Below, in pieces: positions 1 through 12,934 of a stretch of 64,000 nucleotides of DNA. The stretch covers positions 228,596,001 through 228,660,000 of the forward strand of contig NC_086097.1 in assembly GCF_963921235.1 (NCBI RefSeq), given 5' to 3'. How positions within the stretch are numbered: the stretch's first letter is position 1; the number at the start of each line of letters is the position of its first letter. Under the pieces are notes generated by a model. The model was not told the DNA's origin and ran no database searches. It saw nothing but the letters and a program-made list of their open reading frames with translations. Position numbers and translations under genes: made by a program. Origin of the DNA: Mobula hypostoma (lineage: Eukaryota).

Positions 1-1281
1 ATGGGACATTTTAACTCCCAGACATCTATTCCGTAGCTTGGGAACGACCGATGGGCTGGGAACTGTAGATGGACATATCCCAGATATTTCTTCATATTAC
101 CTTCCACTTCCCTTGTCTGTCATCAAACAATTCATCAGTGGACTTCAAAACCAATGGGAAAGCAAACTAACTACTCCTCAGTCTAGGCTCTCAGTCAAAC
201 AGCTGTTTTTACCCATCTCTTGTATCTTTACAACTCCCTAGAGATCTCAGTTATAGTATATGAAAGCAATCAGTTTTTGTTTTATTATCCTTCATACTGT
301 TTCTTGCAAAATCTCCTTAAACCTTAATTATTAATTCTGAGAACTCCTGGACACTTGGTAAACCTGACTGATAGGCAGGGCCAGAATTTTGTGTTAGTGG
401 TTGGAGAAAATATTGTCAATGAGATTTTCAGCAGAATCACTATTCAAGAAAGGAAGTAAAGAGGAAAGATAAGCAAGGATGATCGCTTTGATGGGATTGT
501 ACTATAGTCTCACAAATAGCAAGAAATAGAGGGACAAATATGGAGGAAATAGCTGTAAGAATAATAATAGGATTTAAGGATTTCAGGAATAATAAAGCAT
601 TTCAGGATGTATATTGTATACATTTCTCTGATGTTAAATTGTACTTTCGAACCTTTGAGGTGATTTCAACTTCCCTAATATTGACTAGAACTATCATAGG
701 TCTAAGGGCTTGAATTGGATGGAGTTTGTTTAATGAGTCCTCAAATAATGGGTAGATGCTCCTAGCATTCAGGGGCAACACTCAACCTGCCGTTGGGAAG
801 TGAGACTGAGCAGGGTAGCTGAAGTGTCAGTGAGGGACCACTTTGGGATCTGTGACCATAATTTTACTAGTTTTAAAAAAGTTATGGAAACTGGCAGGAC
901 TGGTATACAAGTTAAAGTCCTAAACTGGGGCAAAGCTAATTTTGGTGACATTAGTCAGAACCTTGCAAAGTTTAGTTGGAAAAGCTGTTTGCAGGTAAAA
1001 GGACATTTGATAAGTGGAAGAATTGTAGAAGTGAGATAGAGAGAGTTCAGGGCCAACATGTTCCTGTTAGAATGAAGAGTAAGGTAGGCAAGTTAGGGCA
1101 TCCTGGTTGACAAGGGATATTGAGTCATTCATCAGGAAAAGGAAGGCAGCACATGTCAGTTATAAGCATTAAGCTCAGCTAATTAGTTGAGAAGTATAAG
1201 GATGTAGAAGTACACAAGATAGAAAGGCAAAAGGAGGCAGATAAGGTACAGGAAAATCATGGAGGATTGCATAAGCATTTT

Positions 1282-3793
1282 AGAAACATAGAAACATAGA
1301 AAATAGGTGCAGGAGTAGGCCATTCGGCCCTTCGAGCCTGCACCGCCATTTATTATGATCATGGCTGATCATCCAACTCAGAACCCCGCCCCAGCCTTCC
1401 CTCCATACCCCCTGACCCCTGTAGCCACAAGGGCCATATCTAACTCCCTCTTAAATATAGCCAATGAACTGGCCTCAACTGTTTCCTGTGGCAGAGAATT
1501 CCACAGATTCACCACTCTCTGTGTGAAGAAGTTTTTCCTAATCTCGGTCCTAAAAGGCTTCCCCTTTATCCTCAAACCGTAACCCCTTGTTCTGGACTTC
1601 CCCAACATCGGGAACAATCTTCCTGCATCTAGCCTGTCCAATCCCTTTAGGATTTTATACGTTTCAATCAGATCTCCCCTCAATCTTCTAAATTCCAACG
1701 AGTACAAGCCTAGTTCATCCAGTCTTTCTTCATATGAAAGTCCTGCCATCCCAGGAATCAATCTGGTGAACCCTCTTTGTACTCCCTCTATGGCAAAGAT
1801 GTCTTTCCTCAGATTAAAACTGAGGAAACTGCACACAATACTCCAGGTGTGGTCTCACCAAGGCCTTGTACAACTGCAGTAGTATCTCCCTGCTCCTGTA
1901 CTCGAATCCTCTCGCTATAAATGCCAGCATACCATTCGCCTTTTTCACCGCCTGCTGTACCTGCATGCCCACTTTCAATGACTGGTGTATAATGACACCC
2001 AGGTCTCGTTGCACCTCCCCTTTTCCTAATCGGCCACCATTCAGATAATAATCTGTTTTCCTATTTTTGCCACCAAAGTGGATGACTTCACATTTATTCA
2101 CATTAAATTGCATCTGCCATGAATTTGCCCACTCACCCAACCTATCCAAGTCACCCTGCATCCTCTTAGCATCCTCCTCACTGCTAACACTGCCATCCAG
2201 CTTTGCGTCATCCGCAAACTTGGAGATGCTTCATTTAATTCCCTCATCCAAGTCATTAATATATATTGTAAACAACTGGGGTCCCAGCACTGAGCCTTGC
2301 GGTACCCCACTAGTCACCGCCTGCCATTCTGAAAAGGTCCCGTTTATTCCCACTCTTTGCTTCCTGTCTGCTAACCAATTCTCCACCCACACCAATACCT
2401 TACCCCCAATACCGTGTGCTTTAAGTTTGCACACTAATCTCCTGTGTTGGACCTTGTCAAAAGCCTTTTGAAAATCCAAATATACCACATTCAATGGTTC
2501 TCCCCTATCCACTCTACTAGTTACATCCTCAAAAAATTCTATGAGATTCGTCAGACATGATTTTCCTTTCACAAATCCATGCTGACTTTGTCCGATCATT
2601 TCACTGCTTTCCAAATGTGCTGTTATCACATCCTTGATAACTGACTCCAGCAGTTTCCCCACCACCGACGTTAGGCTAACCGGTCTATAATTCCCCGGTT
2701 TCTCTCTCCCTCCTTTTTTAAAAAGTGGGGTTACATTAGCCACCCTCCAATCCTCAGGAACTAGCCCAGAATCTAACGAGTTTTGAAAAATTATCACTAA
2801 TGCATCCACTATTTCTTGGGCTACTTCCTTAAGCACTCTAGGATGCAGACCATCTGGCCCTGGGGATTTATCTGCCTTCAATCCCTTCAATTTACCTAAC
2901 ACCACTTCCCTACTAACATGTATTTCGCTCAGTTCCTCCATCTCACTGGACCCTCTGTCCCTTACTATTTCTGGAAGATAATTTATGTCCTCCTTAGTGA
3001 AGACAGAACCAAAGTAATTATTCAATTGGTCTGCCATGTCCTTGCTCCCCATAATCAATTCACCTGTTTCTGTCTGCAGGGGACCTACATTTGTCTTTAT
3101 CAGTCTTTTCCTTTTTACATATCTATAAAAGCTTTTACAGTCCGTTTTTATGTTCCCTGCCAGCTTTCTCTCATAATCTTTTTTCCCCTTCCTAATTAAG
3201 CCCTTTGTCCTCCTCTGCTGAACTCTGAATTTCTCCCAGTCCTCAGGTGAGCCACTTTCTCTGGCTAATTTGTATGCTTCTTCTTTGGAATTGATACTAT
3301 CCCTAATTTCTCTTGTCAGCCACGGGTGCACTACCTTCCTTGATTTATTCTTTTGCCAAACTGGGATGAACAATTGTTGTAGTTCATCCATGCAACCTTT
3401 AAATGCTTGCCATTGCATATCCACCGTCAATCCTTTAAGTGTCATTTGCCAGTCTATCTTAACTAATTCACGTCTTATACCTTCAAAGTTACCCCTCTTT
3501 AAGTTCAGAACCTTTGTTTCTGAATTAACTATGTCACTCTCCATCTTAATGAAGAATTCCACCATATTATGGTCACTCTTACCCAAGGGGCCTCTCACGA
3601 CAAGATTGCTAATTAACCCTTCCTCATTGCTCAAAACTCAGTCCAGAATAGCCTGCTCTCTAGTTGGTTCCTCGACATGTTGGTTCAAAAAACCATCCCG
3701 CATACATTCCAAGAAATCCTCTTCCTCAGCACCTTTACCAATTTGGTTCACCCAGTCTACATGTAGATTGAAGTCACCCATTATAACTGCTCT
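1282..3793 (-). mobile_element. Young 5'-truncated CR1 LINE (end of EN, RT, 3' UTR with TTCTATGT repeats), inserted in the old CR1
   Basis: ORFs 2231-3634, 1814-2161 and 1378-1836 are CR1 ORF2 ([34 protein letters not shown]), broken by one TGC>TGA stop and one frameshift. TSD GAGGATTGCATAAGCATTTT at 1262-1281 and 3800-3819. Confidence 0.97.
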
Positions 3794-4235
3794 ATCATAG
3801 AGGATTGCATAAGCATTTTGAGAGCAAGAGAACTAGATAGAATTTATCCCCTTTAAGGTCAACATGGTCATCTCTGTGTGGAGCCACAGAAGATGGGCAA
3901 GTTATTAAATTATTTCTTGTCTGAATTTAACATAGGAAAGGTCATGGTAACTTGAGAATTCAGGGAAGAGAATATTATGTCTTGAAACATATTCACATTA
4001 CAAAAGGGAGGTGCTGATGATCTTAAAACACATAAAGCTGGATGTCCCTGGGCCTGACCGAGTGTACCCCAAGGCGACATCATGGAAAGCCAGGGAAGAA
4101 ATTACTGAGGCCCTGGAAAAAGAATTTGTAGCACTGTCAGCCACAAGTAAGATACCAGAAGGCTGGAAGGTGGGTAACGTTAGGCCTTTATTTAAGAAGG
4201 GTTGCAAAGACAAGCCAGGCAAAGATAGGCGAGCC

Positions 4236-4850
4236 TGGATTTCCATCATCTGCCTAGTCTCCTGCGTTAATTTGATATTTTGTTGCTGATCAAGAATTGT
4301 TTTCCACAATTGGTCAAGTGCAGAAGTCTTGAGTGGTTTCTGGTGAAACTGTGATCAGGAGTGACAGTGACTGTACTGCCAATAATTCATCATCAACCTG
4401 CTTAATATGCTGGTGTGGCAGCTGCTGAAAGTCTTTATGCTGACTTTGAGACTCTAGAACTACATAAACCTGTTGCTCACAGTTGGGAATGTGTTATCAG
4501 GAAATAACACATCCTGTTGTACGCTTGGATAAATTGCTTCATTGTCCACCTTGCCATCCAGTGGCAAACTGTGTGAGGTGGAAGAACCAGTTGAAGGGAA
4601 ACAGATCAGGACATGCAGACACAGGGCACAATGTGGTTTTATTTTATTTATTAGTTAGAGGTTCAGCATGGATTAAGACTTTTCTGAACCATTGAGTCAT
4701 ACTGCCCAGCAACCTCCGAGGAGCCCCAATTTAACCCTATCCTAATTGCGGGACAATTAACCTAACCTACTGAACCTGCCCAGTATGTCTTTAGACTGTG
4801 TGAGGAAACCAGAGGACCCAGGGAAAACCTACACATTCCACGGGAAGGAC
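4236..4850 (+). repeat. Copy of the ~600-bp segment at 7503-8103 (direct, diverged local duplication)
   Basis: Colinear from TGGATTTCCATCATCTGC to TTCCA.GGG.AGGAC, with scattered substitutions and small indels. Confidence 0.93.
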
Positions 4851-5082
4851 AGTGGCCAAGTTACTGGATAGGCTTCTGAGAAATGCAAACTACCTGCATT
4901 TGGAAAAGCAAAGACTGATTAAGGATAGTCAGCAAGGTACAGTATTGATTCAGATTTAGATTCAGATTAGTATATTTTCATACATACCAGGGTACAAAGC
5001 AATTTCTTGTTCACATGAAGCTCATGAAGTAATGGCAATAATAAGTACAGTAATATACAGCAATATATATGTGAATATAGCA

Positions 5083-5965
5083 GGAAAGGTTGGGGGTGTT
5101 ATGGATAGTGTGGAGGGCTTTCAAAGGTTACAGCAGGGCATCAAAAGGATACAAAACTGGGCTGAGAAGTGGCAGATGGAGTTCAACCCAGATAAGTGTG
5201 AGGTGGTTCATTCTGGTAGGTCAAATATGATGGCAGAATATAGCATTAATGATAAGATTCTTGGCAGTGTGGAGGGTCAGAGGGATCTTGGGGTCCGAGT
5301 CCATAGGTCACTCAAAGCTGCTGCGCAGGTTGACTCTGTGGTTAAGAAGGCATATGGTGCATTGGCCTTTATCAACCATGGGACTGAGTTTAAGAGCCAA
5401 GAGGTAATGTTGCAGCTATATAGGAGCTTGGAGTACTGTGCTCAGTTCTGGTCACCTCACTACAGGAAGGATGTGGAAACTATAGAAAGGGTGCAGAGGA
5501 GATCTACAAGGATGTTGCCTGGATTGGGGAGCATGCCTTATGAGAACAGGTTGAGTGAACTCGGTCTTTTCTCCTTGGAGCTGCGGAGGATGAGAAGTGA
5601 CCTGATAGAGGTGAACAAGCTGATGAGAGGCATTGATCGTGTGGATAGTCAGAGGCTTATTCCCAGGGCTGAAATGGCTAACACGAGAGGGCACAGTTTT
5701 AAGGTGCTTGGAAGCAGATACAGAGGATATGTCAGGGGTAAATTTTTTACGCAGAGGGTGGTGAGTGTGTGGAATGGGCTGCCGGCGGTGGTGCTGGAGC
5801 CAGATACAATAGGTTCTTTTAAGAGACTCCTGGATAGGTACATGGAGCTTAGAAAAATAGAGCGTTATGGGTAACCCTAGGTAATTTCTAAAGAAAGTAC
5901 ATGTTCAGCACAGCATTGTGGGCTGAAAGGCCTGTATTGTGCTGTAGGTTTTTTATGTTTCTATG
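5083..5965 (+). mobile_element. CR1 LINE 3' fragment (different subfamily)
   Basis: ORF 5032-5874 contains WQMEFNPDKCEVVH and LEYCAQFWSP. It ends in a TTCTATG-type tail. Confidence 0.93.
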
Positions 5966-7175
5966 ATTAATGGGGGCTGGGTGGTAGACACTGTGCACAT
6001 GGACTTTAAGCAAGACCTTTGACAAAGTCCCACATGATAAGCTGATCCAGAAAGTTAGATCAGGTGGGATCCAGGGTGAGCAAGCTGATAGGATACAAAA
6101 TTGGCTTGGAGGCAGAAATCCGAGCGTGATAGTGGAGGGTTATTTTGATGATTGGGAAATGTGAATACTGGTGTGCCACTGGGACTGGTGCTGGATCCAT
6201 TCTTGTTCATCATCACCAGTATATTAACTATTTTGATTTGTATATATTTGGAGTGGTTAGTAAATTTACAAATAACACCAAAGTTGATGATAAATTGGGT
6301 AATGATGCAGATTACACCAGATAAAACAAATTTCACAATGTATGCTGGTGATATTAAACCCAATTCTAATTCTGGGATCTGAATCAGCTCGGAAAGTGGC
6401 CAAGGAATAGCAGATGAAATTGAACTCAGGCAAATGCAAGTATTGCATTTTGTGAAGTTAAACCAGGGCAGGACATACACAGTGAATTACCGGACCCTGG
6501 GGATTACTATGGAATAGACAGACCTAGGGCTACAGGTGCACAGGTCCCTCAGAGTGGGGACACACGTATGCGGAGTGGTGAAGAAGCCATTTGTCCTGCT
6601 TCCCGTCATTATTCAGTGTTCTGAGTACAGGCTGTGTCTAGTTGGGTGCCGCAGAGAGCTGTGTTTAAGCCCTAACTCTTCACAATCTATGTCAACAATT
6701 TGACGAAAAGGACCAAAGATAACATTTCCCGATTTGCTGATGACATGAAACTTGTTGTGAATATGAATAATGAGAGGGACCCGGAGAATCTTCCAGAGGA
6801 CAGAGACAAACTGATTGAGTTGACTACCACATGTCACACAATATCATTTTACAAATTTTTGGGGCAATGTGAGAAATATTTGGCATGACATTCTGATCAC
6901 TGGTGCCCTTCTTACGAATTCTTCAACTGCTCTCAGAGCCACAAAAAGGAGAAAAATCATGTGTGAGCCCATAATGCTGGGGCAGTATTGCATGCAGAGT
7001 AAACATTAAGGAAAGTATACAAAGCAGGCAGAATCTGGCTTTCCTCCAGCATCAGTGAAGGAATATTACAGCTCAGTGCTCTTGCCATTCCCCTGCCCTG
7101 ACCTCATGCAGATGAACAAATGTTTAGCCACAGGAAGGACCTTCCTTACCGATTATTTGGATCTTTTCGTATTTT

Positions 7176-7536
7176 AAACACAAGAGATTCTCCAGGTGCT
7201 GGAAATCCAGAGCAACACACACAATATGCTGCTGGACTCAGCAGGTCAGGCAACATCTGTGGAGGGGAATCGACTGTTGACACTTTGGACCGAGACCCTT
7301 CATCAGGACCTGACAGGGAGAGGTAAAAAGCCAGAATAAGAAGGTGAGGGGGGGAGGGGAAGAGGACAATCTGGGAGGTGAGACCAAGTGAGGGGTAGAT
7401 GGGTGGATGGGGAATGGGGGAATGAAGCAAGAAGCAGGGAGGTGATACTTAGAAGAGGTAAAAAGCCGAAGTGTAACCTTCTGCATTGTCTACGTGTTGC
7501 TTTGGATTTCCATCATCTGCAGAGCCTCCTGCGTTC
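7176..7536. mobile_element. Non-autonomous PLE-derived insertion with inverted 3' tails; degenerate hammerhead at ~7275-7310 (-)
   Basis: The left end is the reverse complement of the PLE tail. The right end is the tail in sense (GGATTTCCATCATCTGCAGAGCCTCCTGCGTT). Confidence 0.75.
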
Positions 7537-8103
7537 ATTTGGATATTTTGTTGCTAATCAAGAATTGTTTTCCAAAATTTGGTGAAGTGCAGATGTCTTG
7601 AGTGGTTTCTGGTGAAACTGTGGTCAGGTGTGACAGTGACTGTACTGCCAATAATTCATCATCAACCTGCTTAATATGCTGGTGTGGCAGCTGCTGAAAG
7701 TCTTTATGCTGACTTTGAGTCCTCTAGAACTACACAAACCTGTTGTTCACTGTTGGGAATGCATTATCAGGAAATAACACATCCTGTTGTATGCTCGGAA
7801 AGATTGCTTCATTGTCCACCTTGCCATCCCGCGGCAAACTGTGTGAGGTGGAAGAACCAGTTGAAGGGAAACAGATCAGGACATGCAGACACAGGGCACA
7901 ATGTGGTTTTATTTTATTTATTATTGAGGGGTTCAGCGTGGGATAGGACCTTTCTGACCCCTCGAGTCATACTGCCCAGCAACCCCAACAGCCCCAATTT
8001 AACCCTATCCTAATCGTGGTACAACCTAACCTACTGAACCTGCCCGGTACGTCTTTGGACTGTGTGAGGAAACCAGAAAATCTACATATTCCATGGGGAG
8101 GAC
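7503..8103 (+). repeat. Probable source copy of the 4236-4850 duplication
   Basis: Both flanking repeats (PLE tail on the left, SINE on the right) continue beyond the duplicated block here, but are cut off in the other copy. Confidence 0.85.
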
Positions 8104-8195
8104 TTATAGACTTCTTACAGAGGAAGCCATGACTGAATTCTGAACCTCTATGCCCGTAGCTGTAATAGGTCGTGCTAACCACTACGTTACCGTGT
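7985..8195 (-). mobile_element. tRNA-derived SINE
   Basis: The minus strand starts CACGGTAACGTAGTGGTTAGC (A-box-like), followed by a degenerate B-box region and a GGTTTCCTCACACAGTCCAAAGACGTAC core. Confidence 0.7.
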
Positions 8196-8397
8196 AATTA
8201 AATGCCCAACTAAATGAAGGCCTTCTGCCTACACAACGTCCATGTCCCTTCATTCCCTGCACATTCATAAGCCAATCTAAGAGCTTTGTGACTGCTCCAC
8301 TGTCTTGCCTCCAGTATCATCCCAACAGCGCATTCCAGATACCCACAATTTTCTGTGATAAACAAAACTTGCCCTGCATATCTCCCTTAAATTTATT

Positions 8398-8552
8398 AAC
8401 ACAAGAGATTTTGAAGATCAGCTGATGTTTTGGGGAGAGACCCCTTATCAGCACTGGGTTCTGATGAAGTGTCTCAGCCCGAAAGGTCGACTGTTTATAT
8501 CCTCCACAGATGCTGTCTGACCTGCTGAGTCCCTCCAGCATTTTGTGTACAT
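8398..8552. mobile_element. Short PLE-derived inverted element with back-to-back hammerhead remnants (~8420-8455 -, 8457-8495 +)
   Basis: CTGATGA-AGTGTCTCAGCCC-GAAA-GGTC-GACTG on +, with a degenerate inverted copy immediately upstream. Confidence 0.75.
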
Positions 8553-8554
8553 TC

Positions 8555-9070
8555 AAGTTCATAGTTATTGCCATTCAACTGTATACATGTACACCATTAA
8601 ACGAAACAGAGTTCCTCTGGAACCAAAGTGCATAACACAGAGCATATAACTCACATAGAGCTCATAAGTAATATTACCACAAATAAATTAATAAATATTA
8701 AGATGCATTTACAGCTTTGGTTAAAAGTAAACAGTATAACACCACTGGTGCTTCATATGTGATGAGACCTAGGTGGAAGCATTAGTCTCATGTTCTGGTG
8801 GAAGAAGCTGATTCCCATTCTAACAGATCTTGTCCTGATGCTATGGTAGGAGGGGTCAAAGAGATTGTTGGATGGATGGGAGGGATCATTAACAATGCTA
8901 AGGGCCCAGTGTACGTAGCACCCCTGATAAATATCTTTGAGAGACCCCAATGATCCTCTCAGCAGTCCTCACAACCCTTTGTAGGGACTTGTAGTCGGAT
9001 GCTTTGCAATTCCCTACCAGACAGTGATGCAGCTGGTCAGGACATTCCCAATGGTACTCCTGTAAAAATT
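8555..9070 (-). mobile_element. Rex1/Babar-type LINE 3' fragment, decayed
   Basis: ORF 8753-8950 has ALSIVNDPSHPSNNLF..SIRTRSVRM..SFF, a typical Rex1-type ORF C-terminus. Confidence 0.75.
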
Positions 9071-9194
9071 GGTAGGGGAGGGGAAGCCTTGCTTTACCTC
9101 ATCTTAAATTTATGCTCTTTACTATAAGACATTTCAACGTTCGGGAAAAATACTGGCTGCCTATTTCAGGTATGCCTCTCACAACTTCTCCCAG

Positions 9195-11673
9195 ATCTAC
9201 ATGTAGATTGGGTGAACCAAATTGGTAAAGGTGCTGAGGAAGAGGATTTCTTGGAATGTATGCGGGATGGTTTTTTGAACCAACATGTCGAGGAACCAAC
9301 TAGAGAGCAGGCTATTCTGGACTGGGTTTTGAGCAATGAGGAAGGGTTAATTAGCAATCTTGTCGTGAGAGGCCCCTTGAGTAAGAGTGACCATAATATG
9401 GTGGAATTCTTCATTAAGATGGAGAGTGACATAGTTAATTCAGAAACAAAGGTTCTGAACTTAAAGAGGGGTAACTTTGAAGGTATGAGATGTGAATTAG
9501 CTAAGATAGACTGGCAAGTGACACTTAAAGGATTGACGGTGGATATGCAATGGCAAGCATTTAAAGGTTGCATGGATGAACTACAACAATTGTTCATCCC
9601 AGTTTGGCAAAAGAATAAATCAAGGAAGGTAGTGCACCCGTGGCTGACAAGGGAAATTAGGGATAGTATCAATTCCAAAGAAGAAGCATACAAATTAGCC
9701 AGAGAAAGTGGCTCACCTGAGGACTGGGAGAAATTCAGAGTTCAGCAGAGGAGGACAAAGGGCTTAATTAGGAAGGGGAAAAAAGATTATGAGAGAAAGC
9801 TGGCAGGGAACATAAAAACGGACTGTAAAAGCTTTTATAGATATGTAAAAAGGAAAAGACGGATAAAGACAAATGTAGGTCCCCTGCAGACAGAAACAGG
9901 TGAATTAATTATGGGGAGCAAGGACATGGCAGACCAATTGAATAATTACTTTGGTTCTGTCTTCACTAAGGAGGACATAAATTATCTTCCAGAAATAGTA
10001 AGGGACAGAGGGTCCAGTGAGATGGAGGAACTGAGCGAAATACATGTTAGTAGGGAAGTGGTGTTAGGTAAATTGAAGGGATTGAAGGCAGATAAATCCC
10101 CAGGGCCAGATGGTCTGCATCCTAGAGTGCTTAAGGAAGTAGCCCAAGAAATAGTGGATGCATTAGTGATAATTTTTCAAAACTCGTTAGATTCTGGGCT
10201 AGTTCCTGAGGATTGGAGGGTGGCTAATGTAACCCCACTTTTTAAAAAAGGAGGGAGAGAGAAACCGGGGAATTATAGACCGGTTAGCCTAACGTCGGTG
10301 GTGGGGAAACTGCTGGAGTCAGTTATCAAGGATGTGATAACAGCACATTTGGAAAGCGGTGAAATGATCGGACAAAGTCAGCATGGATTTGTGAAAGGAA
10401 AATCATGTCTGACGAATCTCATAGAATTTTTTGAGGATGTAACTAGTAGAGTGGTTGGGGAGAACCAGTGGATGTGGTATATTTGGATTTTCAAAAGGCT
10501 TTTCACAAGGTCCCACACAGGAGATTAGTGTGCAAACTTAAAGCACACGGTATTGGGGGTAAGGTATTGGTGTGGATAGAGAATTGGTTAGCAGACAGGA
10601 AGCAAAGAGTGGGAATAAACGGGACCTTTTCAGAATGGCAGGCGGTGACTAGTGGGGTACCGCAAGGCTCAGTGCTGGGACCCCAGTTGTTTACAATATA
10701 TATTAATAACTTGGATGAGGGAATTAAATGCAGCATCTCCAAGTTTGCGGATGACACGAAGCTGGATGGCAGTGTTAGCAGTGAGGAGGATGCTAAGAGG
10801 ATGCAGGGTGACTTGGATAGGTTGGGTGAGTGGGCAAATTCATGGCAGATGCAATTTAATGTGGATAAATGTGAAGTTATCCACTTTGGTGGCAAAAATA
10901 GGAAAACAGATTATTATCTGAATGGTGGCCGATTAGGAAAAGGGGAGGTGCAACGAGACCTGGGTGTCATTATACACCAGTCATTGAAAGTGGGCATGCA
11001 GGTACAGCAGGCGGTGAAAAAGGCGAATGGTATGCTGGCATTTATAGCGAGAGGATTCGAGTACAGGAGCAGGGAGGTACTACTGCAGTTGTACAAGGCC
11101 TTGGTGAGACCACACCTGGAGTATTGTGTGCAGTTTTGGTCCCCTAATCTGAGGAAAGACATCTTTGCCATAGAGGGAGTACAAAGAAGGTTCACCAGAT
11201 TGATTCCTGGGATGGCAGGACTTTCATATGAAGAAAGACTGGATGAACTGGGCTTGTACTCGTTGGAATTTAGAAGATTGAGGGGGGATCTGATTGAAAC
11301 GTATAAGATCCTAAAGGGATTGGACAGGCTAGATGCAGGAAGATTGTTCCCGATGTTGGGGAAGTCCAGAACGAGGGGCCACAGTTTGAGGATAGAGAGG
11401 AAGCCTTTTAGGACCGAGATTAGGAAAAACTTCTTCACACAGAGAGTGGTGAATCTGTGGAATTCTCTGCCACAGGAAACAGTTGAGGCCAGTTCATTGG
11501 CTATATTTAAGAGGGAGTTAGATATGGCCCTTGTGGCTACGGGGGTCAGGGGGTATGGAGGGAAGGCTGGGGCGGGGTTCTGAGTTGGATGATCAGCCAT
11601 GATCATAATAAACGGCGGTGCAGGCTCGAAGGGCCGAATGGCCTACTCCTGCACCTATTTTCTATGTTTCTAT
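9195..11673 (+). mobile_element. Young 5'-truncated CR1 LINE, same subfamily as 1282-3793, inserted in an old minus-strand CR1 remnant (~9097-11775)
   Basis: ORF2 9197-11583 is open except for one 1-bp deletion near 10455. It has RT motifs QGSVLGP and KFADD and a TTCTATGT tail. Confidence 0.97.
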
Positions 11674-12934
11674 CCCCTTTCGGCCTCTGCTGCTCCAGGG
11701 GATATAATGAGCTTCTCCTAATAGCATATGCCCTCGAATCCAGGCAGTGTCCTAGCGAACCTCCTCTGGACTCTCTTCTGCAAGAAGGGCAGAAGAGGAG
11801 GAGGACGAGGGAGAGGAAGAAGAAGGGAATCCCTGCGAAGAGAAAAGTAGGGTATCATGTCGGTCAATGTCTAGAATCCAGGCAGCAGACTTGCTCTGCC
11901 CAGCCTCTTAAGGGAGCCAATGGATAAGGAAATGAAGCAGTCACTCAGCCTATCATGCTGCCTTACCATTAAATTCAAGTCCAAAATTCAACGTACACTT
12001 ATTAACAAAGTACGTATACTTCATACAACCTTGAGATTCATTTCCTTACAGGCAGCCACAAAACAAAGGAAAAACGAGACTGTCAAACAGGCAATGTGCA
12101 GAGAGAGAGAAAAAAACAAATTGTGCAAACAATATAAGTAAGCAAATAGCATTCGGGACAAAGGTGAGTCCAGAGACACAAGGCTGCTGCAGCAGGCCGC
12201 AGCCTCAGTTCAGCACAGAGCTGAGTAAACATCGAGGAGCAGCAAGGCCCAACCCTCGGCTCAACTCCGAACACCCTGCCTTTTCAATCAGACCCAGCGT
12301 TCAAATAGTCAAAACATCGTGTCTTCACCAATACAAGATGATGATCTTTTATCTCAGTGGGCACTGCCTTTTGGCAATATGCCAATATCTCCTGATTCCC
12401 TTAATATCCAAAATTCACTCTCTGCCTTGAACGTGTTCAGTGACTGAGCATATACAACTCCCTTGTGTGAAGAATTCTAAGGATTCATCACCCTCTGGAT
12501 GAAGAAATTTCTTCTCTGCCCTGAATGATATCAGCAAGGGGTGATAATGTCATCTCTTCAGTGGGGCATTATCACTGAAAGCTGCCATAAGCTACAATTG
12601 CACCTGTCATCTCCTCAGTTTGACTGAGGCAGTGGTTTTCAAGATGATCATGCACCAAACCTCCTTGCACCTTCCTGGTGGAGTGCTTCATCACATGACT
12701 TTGTACCTCCAATCACTCCGTGCCCTATCATCCATCATTGACTACTGGATACATTCAGCCTCTCAGTGTTACATGTAACATTCCACTCTCCAGTGCTGAG
12801 AAAGAGGGTCACCAAATCCCTCTCGGTTCAAAGAGGAGCAATTACATTTCACTTCCTCTTGTCAGAGAGAGTCAGAATCACAATCAGCTTTATTATCACT
12901 GACACAGTCGTGAAATTTGTGGTTTTGCGTACAT

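Larger units (their letters stand above)
380..6625 (+). mobile_element. Old, heavily decayed CR1 LINE ORF2 (EN to RT to 3' part), split by several later insertions (pieces ~380-1281, 3800-4235, 4851-4937, 5966-6625)
   Basis: Colinear degenerate CR1 motifs: GDFNFPNID (~660), PGPD (~4047), PLFKKG..DKPG (~4184), KLL..HLEKQRLIKDSQ (~4860), VD.V.MDF..FDKVPH (~5985), GVP.G.VL.P (~6170). Boundaries are approximate. Confidence 0.8.

Noticed and set aside
2..241. Open frame at window start as an upstream host exon
   Set aside because: There is no convincing phase-1 donor and the acceptor would lie outside the window. Unresolved rather than excluded.
7684..8013. ORF shared by the two duplicated blocks
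   Set aside because: A 1-bp indel (GAGACTCTAG vs GAGTCCTCTAG) breaks the frame between copies, and the peptide is unrecognisable.
8130..8195. tRNA gene
   Set aside because: It is only a degenerate SINE head with no complete cloverleaf. The Pro-like sequence at 39739-39756 is a PBS, not a tRNA gene.
10914..11606. 230-aa and similar antisense ORFs (also 45932-46564, 3270-3800, 9166-9693, 2067-2471)
   Set aside because: They are antisense shadows of CR1 ORF2, recurring only because the element recurs.
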